From: Clostridia bacterium | Lineage (GTDB): Bacteria > Bacillota > Clostridia > Oscillospirales > CAG-272 | DNA: 64,000 nt | Direction: 5' to 3' | NCBI GenBank assembly: GCA_017625935.1 | Contig: JAGALA010000001.1 | Location: 34,473-98,472 of the forward strand | Shown: piece after piece, positions 35,378 through 43,227 of the stretch | How positions within the stretch are numbered: position 1 is the first letter of the stretch | Layout: each line of letters begins with the position of its first letter | Notes under the pieces: generated by a model | What the model saw: the letters and a program-made list of their open reading frames with translations, nothing else | Told to the model about the DNA's origin: nothing | Database searches by the model: none | Translations under genes and position numbers: made by a program

Positions 35378-36199
35378 ATGAGTGAAAGCATCTGCCGCTT
35401 TATGTCGGCAAAGAATGAAGATTCAACAATACAGGCGGTGCGCTTTGTATATGAAACCGAATGTCTTTCCTTGGCACAGCCGTTTTTGCATCCCATATAC
35501 GTTTTTCATATTGTCACTAAAGGGACTGCGGTTTTTCACATAGGAAACAGCAAATATTCCTTGAAAAGAGGGGATGTTTTTTTCGCCTTTCCTGCCTATC
35601 CGTACTATCTGGATGCAGACGAGGAATTTGAATATATTTATATCAGCTTTATGGGAAACGGGGCAACCTCGCGCCTATCAAAATGCAATATAACATCGGA
35701 AAATCCATATTATTCCGATTACGGCTTTCTTTGCACGTTGTTTGAAAATGCAATAAGACGCATAACGCCCTCCAACTCAAATTTACTTACAGAGGCTGTT
35801 TTATACTATGCACTTTCCTTTTTTGATATTAAGGGCAGCGAGTACGAGGTGGATGAGCAAAATAACTCAAGCAGTGTTTTTGAAAACATTGTGGACTACG
35901 TGGACTATCATTATAGGGAAAGTGATATTTCTCTTAGCAGACTTGCAAACGTTTTTTCATATACCGAAAAGTACCTCTCGTCGCTTTTCAAAAAAAATAT
36001 GCAAATCGGATTTATTAGCTATCTGAACAACTTAAGAATACAGTATGCGTGCGAGCTTATTCAAAAGGGTAATATGAATATGGCTGATATTTCAGTTGCG
36101 TGCGGATATAGCGATTACTCGTATTTTTCCAAGGTGTTCAAAAAAATCACGGGACACTCCCCAAGGGAAGGACTCAAATACCTTAAAACAAAAAGCTAA
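35378..36199 (+). CDS. AraC family transcriptional regulator
   Basis: 273 aa with a cupin-like N-terminal domain and a C-terminal HTH_18 (LSRLANVFSYTEKYLSSLFKK...ACGYSDYSYFSKVFKKITGHSP). It is divergent from the MATE-oxidoreductase-LRR operon. Confidence 0.9.
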   Translation: MSESICRFMSAKNEDSTIQAVRFVYETECLSLAQPFLHPIYVFHIVTKGTAVFHIGNSKYSLKRGDVFFAFPAYPYYLDADEEFEYIYISFMGNGATSRLSKCNITSENPYYSDYGFLCTLFENAIRRITPSNSNLLTEAVLYYALSFFDIKGSEYEVDEQNNSSSVFENIVDYVDYHYRESDISLSRLANVFSYTEKYLSSLFKKNMQIGFISYLNNLRIQYACELIQKGNMNMADISVACGYSDYSYFSKVFKKITGHSPREGLKYLKTKS

Positions 36200-36231
36200 G
36201 AGAGCTTTGTAATCTTTCTTGCATCAAATCT

Positions 36232-36259
36232 AAAAAAGAGACCTCACGGTCTCTTTTTT
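36232..36259. terminator. Bidirectional terminator
   Basis: An A6 run is followed by the stem gagacc / ggtctc and a T6 run, between AraC (+) and micro-ORF 2 (-). Confidence 0.75.
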
Positions 36260-36266
36260 GTCATTT

Positions 36267-36416
36267 TCAATTAAAAAGCTTTCCGAAAATGCTGCTTGCG
36301 TTTATGATAAAATCCGCAGAGCCGTCCGCATTTTCATTCATTATTACCTCGCCCGACATTATAATGTCGCTTATATCAAGCAAGGCTTTTTCGTACATAG
36401 GAGAAACGTATTTCAT
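36267..36416 (-). CDS. Cassette micro-ORF 2 (49 aa, tail type 1 variant)
   Basis: The product is MKYVSPMYEKALLDISDIIMSGEVIMNENADGSADFIINASSIFGKLFN. There is an ATGA overlap with the stop of 36413..38128. Confidence 0.7.
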   Translation of the reverse strand: MKYVSPMYEKALLDISDIIMSGEVIMNENADGSADFIINASSIFGKLFN

Positions 36417-38128
36417 TGTGCGCTCTCCTCGTTTTTAGCGTCAAGTATTGCTTTCACGTCGTTATATGAAGCACAGTAGTATTTTCCGTTCGTCGGTGCT
36501 GCAATTTGCAGGTACGAATAGGTTGTCTTTTCGTCCTTGGTTGTACCAACGAACGCGCCCATTACAAGGTCGATGTCCTTTTGCTCATTTGTAAAGCCCG
36601 TTATCTTAAGGTTAAAGAGCGTATATCCGCTGCCTGTGATATCTGCGGCGATTACGCCTGCGAGTGCTTTTCCGTCGGCATCAAAGATATCGTTCGTTTC
36701 TATTCTGTCTGCGCGAACCGCAAACACGCCGTAATTTAGCGCTACGCCCATTACATCCTCATAATCCTTAACCGCTTGCGCATTTACCTTATAGTTAACG
36801 GAAATTTGTGCGCCGTCATATTCCGATGATGAGTAGCCGAGATTTACAAAGAGTGCAGGCACTTCCTCTGTCACACGGTACGTGCAGCCCGCGTTTTGGC
36901 AAGCTGTCACCTTTTCGCCTGCCAAGGTGTAATCTGAATATACCATAGCAGTAGAAACAGTTGCATCCTGTGCGTGATTTACAATAGCATCATTGCACAC
37001 GTCGCAAACTCCTACACACGCGTTTGTTGGATTTGTTATTTCGTGTAAGCCGTCGTTATATGCTTCGCACCAGCTGTAATTGTAAACCATATACTTGCCG
37101 CTCTTGTCCTTGAGATTCTTATAATCAGCATAGGAAATAAGATTTTCTCTGTTTTCGCCTGCAACAGCAAGGAACGCATCGTTGCCGGATTCAGTTCTGT
37201 CAAGAAGCGCATTAAGCTCATCAAGTGTGCCAACATAGTAAACCGTGGTAAGTGATGAACAACCAAAGAAGGCATCCTTGCCTATTGTGCCTGTTATACC
37301 CTTGCTCAAGGTAACAACTTCAAGATCCGCACAGCCGTAGAACATATTAGTGTTTATCCCTGTTACCTTTTCGGGATATGTAAAGGAAATAAGCGCGGTG
37401 TTCTTAAAGGAGTCACCAAGTCTTGTTATAGTGCTTGGAAGCTTAATTCCAATCATAGGAACGCCTGTGAAGGAATTGTTCCAGTCGATAGACCAAAGCT
37501 TTGAATTGGAAAGGTCAAGCACCTGTCCTTCAAAAAGTGATGTGCAGCTTGAAAAATTGTAATTATCGCCTATTCTTTCAAGCTTTGTCAAGTCCTCAAG
37601 GTTTATATACTTTAATTTGGGACAATTGTTAAAGCTTTCCTTATAAATTCCCGTGGTGTCAAGGCGCAAATATACATATTCAAGGTTTGACCAGTTGCGG
37701 AACACATACTTAAATCCTGTAATATGCTTTCCGTAATGAGATGTTCCGGGACCGTGATTCGTAACAATATCGTCATCCATCATATTAACCACTACGATAT
37801 TTTTGCCTTCAACCTTTGTTCCGTCATCAAAGTTAATGCCTACACCTGTTACCTCGCCCCAGCTTTCGGTGTACCACTTCACCTGGCTGTCTTCGCTCAA
37901 GATAGATGCATATGTATTTTTCCCGCTTTCGTCCTTGCCGTCGATGTACCAGATAAGCGCATCATTGTTTTCATCAAACAACGGAAGCACCTTTCCGTCG
38001 CTAAGTGTTACGGTTTCATCGTAATCAACCGTATTTTCGTTATGAACCGATTCTGCCGACACTGCAAGCATAAGTGCCACTGCAAAAACGAGCGTCATAA
38101 CAACCGTTAAAAACAGTTTCTTTTTCAT
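36413..38128 (-). CDS. Secreted LRR / Cys-rich protein with conserved C-terminal domain (family copy 2)
   Basis: 571 aa with signal MKKKLFLTVVMTLVFAVALMLAVSA. The N-terminal region is paralogous to copy 5, and the CTD runs from PALFVNLGYSSSEYDGAQISVNYKVN to ...YYCASYNDVKAILDAKNEESAQ. Confidence 0.9.
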   Translation of the reverse strand: MKKKLFLTVVMTLVFAVALMLAVSAESVHNENTVDYDETVTLSDGKVLPLFDENNDALIWYIDGKDESGKNTYASILSEDSQVKWYTESWGEVTGVGINFDDGTKVEGKNIVVVNMMDDDIVTNHGPGTSHYGKHITGFKYVFRNWSNLEYVYLRLDTTGIYKESFNNCPKLKYINLEDLTKLERIGDNYNFSSCTSLFEGQVLDLSNSKLWSIDWNNSFTGVPMIGIKLPSTITRLGDSFKNTALISFTYPEKVTGINTNMFYGCADLEVVTLSKGITGTIGKDAFFGCSSLTTVYYVGTLDELNALLDRTESGNDAFLAVAGENRENLISYADYKNLKDKSGKYMVYNYSWCEAYNDGLHEITNPTNACVGVCDVCNDAIVNHAQDATVSTAMVYSDYTLAGEKVTACQNAGCTYRVTEEVPALFVNLGYSSSEYDGAQISVNYKVNAQAVKDYEDVMGVALNYGVFAVRADRIETNDIFDADGKALAGVIAADITGSGYTLFNLKITGFTNEQKDIDLVMGAFVGTTKDEKTTYSYLQIAAPTNGKYYCASYNDVKAILDAKNEESAQ

Positions 38129-38172
38129 GTAAGCCCTCCATAATTTAGTTTTTTTGCCAATTGTTCATTTTA

Positions 38173-38206
38173 ATTCTAAACTATAACCTTGGGTCAAGGT
38201 CAAGTG
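38173..38206 (-). promoter_or_regulatory. MerR-type promoter block upstream of LRR copy 2 (TTGACC-19 nt-TAGAAT)
   Basis: On the minus strand TTGACC (38203-198) is separated from TAGAAT (38178-73) by 19 nt. The spacer contains the palindrome ACCTTG-GGT-CAAGGT. About 30 bp are shared with 41189-41222. Confidence 0.5.
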
Positions 38207-38232
38207 TTTTTCGAAATTTTTTTGAATTTTTA

Positions 38233-39438
38233 TTAAAGGTCCTCAAATATAAGCTCTCCGTTTTCCTTGGCGGTGGCGGACTTAAAGGTCATCGTCCCTG
38301 CGTAGCCGTTTATCGGCTCAAAGCCTGTGAAGACGAGCTTGTTTTCCCACTCGGCGCATTTGGGCACGCCTGCGCAAGGGATTAAAGTGTCGTCTATTAC
38401 CTCAAAGCCGTCAAATGGGCTATTTGACACGAGGTATCTCGCCCTGCCTCTTATACTGAACACCAAATAGTATTTTCCCTTGTACTTAAAATAGTCGGGA
38501 CATTCGGGATGGTCACTGTTTTCAACCACGTGTAAGGGTTTTTCTGCTTCCTGCCACGTTTCCAAATCGCTTGAAATATAGTGCGCAAGGCAGCCCAAAT
38601 TCTCCTTTACGAGCACGGTTGTCAAAAACATATGGTAAATTCCATCATCGTCTTTTATCACCTTTGGGTCGCGTGCAACCGCACCGTTGAATTTTTCTGA
38701 TAAAACAAAGCCAAAGTCCTTATCCTTTGTAAAATGATAGCCGTCATTTGACACGCTACGGCTGATAATTGCGGGCAAGCCGTTTGCGCGTCTTACCGTG
38801 TAGTAGAGATACTCCACACCGTCCTTTTCAATCCACGAGCCTGTGCAAATTGAGCCTTCCCAGCTTTCGGTAATGGGCACCGCCGTAGGATGAACGCACC
38901 ACGTCTTAAAATCCTTGGTTGAAATATGCTCCCATTGATGTGCGCCCATGCCCCACTTGCTTTTGTGGTGGCGGCGGTCCTTCAGGTACAAAACGTGATA
39001 TTCCTCGCCTCTTCTGTACGGCATACAGTCACCGACGAAAATACCGCCGCCCGGGCGCCAGCCCTGCGCGTTTTCAAAGCTTGAAATCACAGACGGAGGC
39101 TCTTCTTTTATTTCGGCGTGTTCCTTTACGGATATACCGTCAACGCCAACGATATCGTCACCCAAATTAAAAAGTCTATTGCCAAAGGGCCATTCCTCAT
39201 CGGCTATTTCGCCGTTTACGTATAGCTTGATTATATGCTCGCACAGAATTATCGACACGCGGTCGCCTGTTTTCACCTTGCAAGAGAGTACAAGCGGAAA
39301 TTCCTTGTAGTCATACATAACCGACACGGTCATTTTTTCCTCGTCTGCTTTCAGCTCAAATGTGCTTATCTCGCCTTTTTTAGCAGATGCGTAAAACGGA
39401 AGCTTATTTACGTCAAATTTTATTTCTATATTTTTCAT
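38233..39438 (-). CDS. GH32-family-like glycoside hydrolase (five-bladed propeller, fructosidase-type motifs)
   Basis: 401 aa with an RDP motif (ARDPKVIKDDDGIYHMF), an EC motif (HPECPDYFKYKGKYYLVFS) and an N-terminal D-containing block (VGDCMPYRRGEEYHVLYL). There is no signal peptide. Confidence 0.6.
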   Translation of the reverse strand: MKNIEIKFDVNKLPFYASAKKGEISTFELKADEEKMTVSVMYDYKEFPLVLSCKVKTGDRVSIILCEHIIKLYVNGEIADEEWPFGNRLFNLGDDIVGVDGISVKEHAEIKEEPPSVISSFENAQGWRPGGGIFVGDCMPYRRGEEYHVLYLKDRRHHKSKWGMGAHQWEHISTKDFKTWCVHPTAVPITESWEGSICTGSWIEKDGVEYLYYTVRRANGLPAIISRSVSNDGYHFTKDKDFGFVLSEKFNGAVARDPKVIKDDDGIYHMFLTTVLVKENLGCLAHYISSDLETWQEAEKPLHVVENSDHPECPDYFKYKGKYYLVFSIRGRARYLVSNSPFDGFEVIDDTLIPCAGVPKCAEWENKLVFTGFEPINGYAGTMTFKSATAKENGELIFEDL

Positions 39439-39451
39439 TTTAGCTCACCCA

Positions 39452-40825
39452 TTAATACTTTATATACTTGCCAAAGCCGTTTTTATACTCCGCGTTGCCT
39501 GTAGCAAAAGCGGCAAATAGCGACACTCCTGTGGCTGTTTCTTCCTTCATCTTGCTTGTAAACACCGACATATCAAAGGTGTTGCCTATCAAACGTTTTA
39601 ATATATCGTTCTTTTGTATTGCGCCGCCCGACGCTATCGCCTTGCTCTTTTTTTCAGGGAACAGACTGTAAAGTGCATAAAGCTCGTTGCACATTCCCTT
39701 TAGTACGCCAAGGACAAGATTTGACGGCGTGAAATTCTGCCTGTCTATCATTTTGATTGAGCCGCGCACGTTCGGGTCACTGCGTTTGCCGAAGAATGAA
39801 ACGTCAACGTCGAGTCCCTTTTCGCCTTTTTCGTAGGACACCCTTGCAAGCTGATTGATGATTTTATATTGGGAGGTGTCTTGTGCGCCCAAACGGATTG
39901 CGTAATCTCTGAAAAATGCTTCAAGCATTGAGTAGGCATAGCCGCCGCACAATGCAGATGCGCAAATTAAATATTTACCCTCAATAAACGGGCGGATTTC
40001 CACGTCTCCCGAGGTCTCGTGGTATTCGCTAACGGACGAAACCTGCGACCCTGTGCCTATATTTATCAGCACGCTGTCGTTGTTTTCGCTAACCGAGCCC
40101 AAAAAGCTCGCCTGGTTGTCGCCAATCGCCACCGAAACGGGAATCCCTCTGCATTTTCCCACAGTCACGCTCTTGTCCGTTACCTCGGGTAAAAGCTCCA
40201 TATTTATTCCGAGAAGCTCGAGCTCGTTTTTCATAAACTCATTTTTTCTTGCGTCAAAAAGACCGAAGCTTGCCCCGACCGAGCTATGCGTCACTACTCT
40301 TTTAAGACCGCAAATTTTCATCACAAAGTAGTCCATTATGCTCACAACAGACACGGCGTTTTGGGGCACCTCGCCCTTCAAGACGTTGTAATAATGTGTG
40401 GAAATACCGTACCCTGTGGATGTTTTTACGCCTGTTATGTCAAAAATCCTTTGGCAAACGGTCCTTCCGTCCTCCAAAACCTCGTCCCCGCGCTTGTCCT
40501 GCCAATTTATAAGATTTGATACGCTGTTTCCGTCCTTGTCGATATATAAAATTCCGTGCATTTGACCCGAAACGCCTATACTGACTACGCTTTTATATGA
40601 ATCAAGAATACGGTAAAGGAGCTTCTCTGTCTTTTCTATAATCAAGGAAACGTCCTGCTCGGATCGAAAATCGGAGTAAACGTACGAGTTGTGCGGGGCG
40701 CAAAACGCTTCCACCTGCTCGCATAGGTCTATATCGTAAATAACCGCGCTGACGGTAGTTGTGCCGATATCTATTCCAACGGACAAGCGCCCGTGATTTT
40801 TTCCTTTGCTTCCTCTCTCTCGCAA
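39452..40825 (-). CDS. FGGY/ASKHA-type carbohydrate kinase
   Basis: 457 aa with the N-terminal phosphate-1 motif GIDIGTTTVSAV, and later IGDNQASFLG and GGA. The true start may be the TTG just before SVGIDIG, since the track start overlaps merR by 55 nt. Confidence 0.7.
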   Translation of the reverse strand: MRERGSKGKNHGRLSVGIDIGTTTVSAVIYDIDLCEQVEAFCAPHNSYVYSDFRSEQDVSLIIEKTEKLLYRILDSYKSVVSIGVSGQMHGILYIDKDGNSVSNLINWQDKRGDEVLEDGRTVCQRIFDITGVKTSTGYGISTHYYNVLKGEVPQNAVSVVSIMDYFVMKICGLKRVVTHSSVGASFGLFDARKNEFMKNELELLGINMELLPEVTDKSVTVGKCRGIPVSVAIGDNQASFLGSVSENNDSVLINIGTGSQVSSVSEYHETSGDVEIRPFIEGKYLICASALCGGYAYSMLEAFFRDYAIRLGAQDTSQYKIINQLARVSYEKGEKGLDVDVSFFGKRSDPNVRGSIKMIDRQNFTPSNLVLGVLKGMCNELYALYSLFPEKKSKAIASGGAIQKNDILKRLIGNTFDMSVFTSKMKEETATGVSLFAAFATGNAEYKNGFGKYIKY

Positions 40826-41169
40826 AATCCGTCTATCTCGCCAAAAAGATCAAGGGAGTTATTTTGCATTAAGCGTTGGCAAATTTGGTACCTTTTCGAG
40901 TTTTGTCCGCTTTCGTTCAAAATCTCCGACTTGCGCTTGTCCATCAGCTCGCTAACGGACACTACACCGTATAAATAAAGCTTAATGTCGGAAATTGAAA
41001 CGCCTACACTTCTTAAAACCTTTATATTTTTCAGCGTGTTTACATCCTCATTTGAATAGTTGCGATATCCGTTATCATCTCTTTTAACGTCAATCAGTCC
41101 CTTGCTTTCGTATAAACGGATCGCCTTGCTTGTAAGACCCGTTATTTTTTCCACGTCGTTAATCTTCAA
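40771..41169 (-). CDS. MerR family transcriptional regulator
   Basis: It carries the HTH_MerR pattern KINDVEKITGLTSKAIRLYESKGLI. A GGAGG RBS lies 8 nt before the TTG at 41169, and the track's GTG start overlaps that RBS. Confidence 0.85.
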   Translation of the reverse strand: MKINDVEKITGLTSKAIRLYESKGLIDVKRDDNGYRNYSNEDVNTLKNIKVLRSVGVSISDIKLYLYGVVSVSELMDKRKSEILNESGQNSKRYQICQRLMQNNSLDLFGEIDGFCEREEAKEKITGACPLE

Positions 41170-41188
41170 AATAACCACCTCCTTTATT

Positions 41189-41222
41189 ATATTAAACTAT
41201 AACCCAAGGTCAATGTCAACTG
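41189..41222 (-). promoter_or_regulatory. MerR-type promoter block of the merR-kinase-GH32 operon (TTGACA-19 nt-TAATAT)
   Basis: On the minus strand TTGACA (41219-14) is separated from TAATAT (41194-89) by 19 nt. It is homologous to 38173-38206 except for three adjacent substitutions, which are equivalent to flipping a 7-bp core (cccaagg vs ccttggg). Confidence 0.5.
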
Positions 41223-41242
41223 CTTTTTTAACAATAGTAAAT

Positions 41243-41277
41243 AAAAAGCTGTATAGATTTCTCTATACAGCTTTTTT
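41243..41277 (-). terminator. Terminator after LRR copy 3
   Basis: A 14-bp stem (aaaagctgtataga / tctatacagctttt) with loop tttc. Confidence 0.8.
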
Positions 41278-41291
41278 GTTATTTGAATAAG

Positions 41292-42851
41292 TCAAGCGTC
41301 ACTTGGTGTGAGTTTAGCAACTTCGTTATATGAAGCGAAGTAATATTTTTCTCCCTCAGCGGGTGCTGCAATTTGCAGGTAGCTATACTCTGTCGCGCCG
41401 TCCTTCTCTGTGCCAACGAATGCACCCATTGCAAACGAAAGCTTCTTTTGTGCCTCGGTAAAGCCTGTTATCTTCAAGGTGAAGAGGTTGAAGCCCGCGC
41501 CTGTAATATCGGCGGCAATAACGCCAGAGAGCACGTTTCCTTCCGCGTCAAAGATATCGTTTTTCTCGATATTTTTCTTTGTCACCGCAAATACGCCGTA
41601 GCTTATCTTTTCGCCCGTTATTCTCTCGTATTCCGAGATTGCTTTCTCGTTTACTCTGTAGTTAACCGACATCATATCGCCGTACTCAGCCGCGGAGAAG
41701 CCCTTGTTTTCAAACAGCGGAGCGCAAAGCTCAACCTTGCTTATCTCGCCGCATCTTGAGCAATCAAAAAATTCGCAGTAGCTTGAAAGGTACGCTTCAC
41801 CCTCGAATTTTTGCGTTTTCTCGGACTCGGCGTGCTTGCCGTTATAGAAAGCTTGGCATCTGTTATATTCCGTGTGAATAATAGCATAGCCCGCGCCGTT
41901 TTCCTCATTAATGCCAAGCTCCTTTGCCTCGCCCTCAGTAATAAAGGTCATATATTGACCTGCGCTTTGAGCCTTCAACGTGTTAATCATAGCATTACAT
42001 TCCTCAGCTGAACCGACAATGTAGAAGTTAACGAGGTTTGCGCATTTATAGAATATATTATTTCCCTCAAACGTCGTGTTTGCGGAAATATAAACGTTTT
42101 CAAGGTACGCATTGTCTGTTTGTCCGTACGTGCCTAAAAAGTTGTAGCCAATTTCAAGAGCTCCGTCACCCAAATACAAATTTTCAATTTTGGTGGAAAG
42201 AAGTGCGCCCGGAGCAAGATACGTAACGGAGTTAGGAATAACTATCGTGCCGCTTAAGCCCGATTGCCAGAAGCAGTTACGTCCTAAGCTTTCAAGCCCC
42301 TCGGGAAAATCAAAGGTTGTAAGGTTGGTACAGCCCAGAAACGCGGCGCCTTCAATCGCTTTAAGCTGAGAGCCCTCCTCAAAAATCACCCTTTGAACAG
42401 GTGAGTTTTGAAATGAACAGGCAATATAGGTTACGGTATTGGGAATATAAACGGTTTTCAAGCTTTTCCATCCGTTTGTAAATGAGGTGTTCAAAATCTT
42501 TGTAACCTGTGAGGAAAAGTAAAATTCCTCAACGTTAACAGCCTGACCGTTGCAATTAAGACCTGCAACCTCACTATAGCTTTTTGTGCCAACTATAACG
42601 GAATCACGCATATCAAAAACCTTGATATCGCCCCAGTCATAAGTGCCGTCATCTGTATTTTCGGGATTTTTGTAAACGTTATCCCTCTGGAAGCGGCCGT
42701 CAACAACACAATATCCCGTTGTCTTGGTACCGTCAACAAGCGTAAGTTCAACGCTTGCGTAGTTTGTAAGGGCTGCTGCACCTGCGGAAACGGCAAACAT
42801 ACAAACAAGTAATGCTGACAATGCTAAAATCAGTAAAACTTTTCTTTTCAT
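41292..42851 (-). CDS. Secreted LRR / Cys-rich protein with conserved C-terminal domain (family copy 3; micro-ORF deleted)
   Basis: The start is MKRKVLLILALSALLVCMFAVSAGAAA after the RBS aaaggagag (the track start at 42899 is 16 codons upstream). The CTD is about 93-95 percent identical at nt level to copy 4, by eye. The stop codon lies inside a 20-nt remnant of a type-2 micro-ORF. Confidence 0.88.
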   Translation of the reverse strand: MKRKVLLILALSALLVCMFAVSAGAAALTNYASVELTLVDGTKTTGYCVVDGRFQRDNVYKNPENTDDGTYDWGDIKVFDMRDSVIVGTKSYSEVAGLNCNGQAVNVEEFYFSSQVTKILNTSFTNGWKSLKTVYIPNTVTYIACSFQNSPVQRVIFEEGSQLKAIEGAAFLGCTNLTTFDFPEGLESLGRNCFWQSGLSGTIVIPNSVTYLAPGALLSTKIENLYLGDGALEIGYNFLGTYGQTDNAYLENVYISANTTFEGNNIFYKCANLVNFYIVGSAEECNAMINTLKAQSAGQYMTFITEGEAKELGINEENGAGYAIIHTEYNRCQAFYNGKHAESEKTQKFEGEAYLSSYCEFFDCSRCGEISKVELCAPLFENKGFSAAEYGDMMSVNYRVNEKAISEYERITGEKISYGVFAVTKKNIEKNDIFDAEGNVLSGVIAADITGAGFNLFTLKITGFTEAQKKLSFAMGAFVGTEKDGATEYSYLQIAAPAEGEKYYFASYNEVAKLTPSDA

Positions 42852-43035
42852 TCTTATCTCTCCTTTTGAATTTGTTTTATATTTTAATGCCATTTGCAAA
42901 CGGTGTACGGCACATCTTTCGCCGCTTCATTCGAGCAATGCTTGAATTAACACCTATTATAATAATTCTAACATAACAGTAAATGAAAGTCAAGCGCGAT
43001 TTCCGCCTCTGAAATTCACGTGATACAGCCTAACT

Positions 43036-43070
43036 AAAAAACAGAATTTCGTCTCCGAAATTCTGTTTTT
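43036..43070 (-). terminator. Cassette terminator, copy 2
   Basis: The hairpin is aacagaatttcg tctc cgaaattctgtt with flanking A/T runs. Confidence 0.8.
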
Positions 43071-43074
43071 GGTT

Positions 43075-43227
43075 TTATTTGAATAAGTCAAGCGCTCTCA
43101 TAATTACGTTGCCGACCGAGTTTCCGCTTTCGTCCTTTGTTTCCTCGACGGTGTAATTCTCACCCGACATAAGTATGTCGCTTACCAAAAGCTCGGTGCG
43201 CTCATATTTTGGAGAGGCGTATTTCAT
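43075..43227 (-). CDS. Cassette micro-ORF 3 (50 aa, tail type 2)
   Basis: The product is MKYASPKYERTELLVSDILMSGENYTVEETKDESGNSVGNVIMRALDLFK. There is a TAATG overlap with the stop of 43227..44801. Confidence 0.7.
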   Translation of the reverse strand: MKYASPKYERTELLVSDILMSGENYTVEETKDESGNSVGNVIMRALDLFK

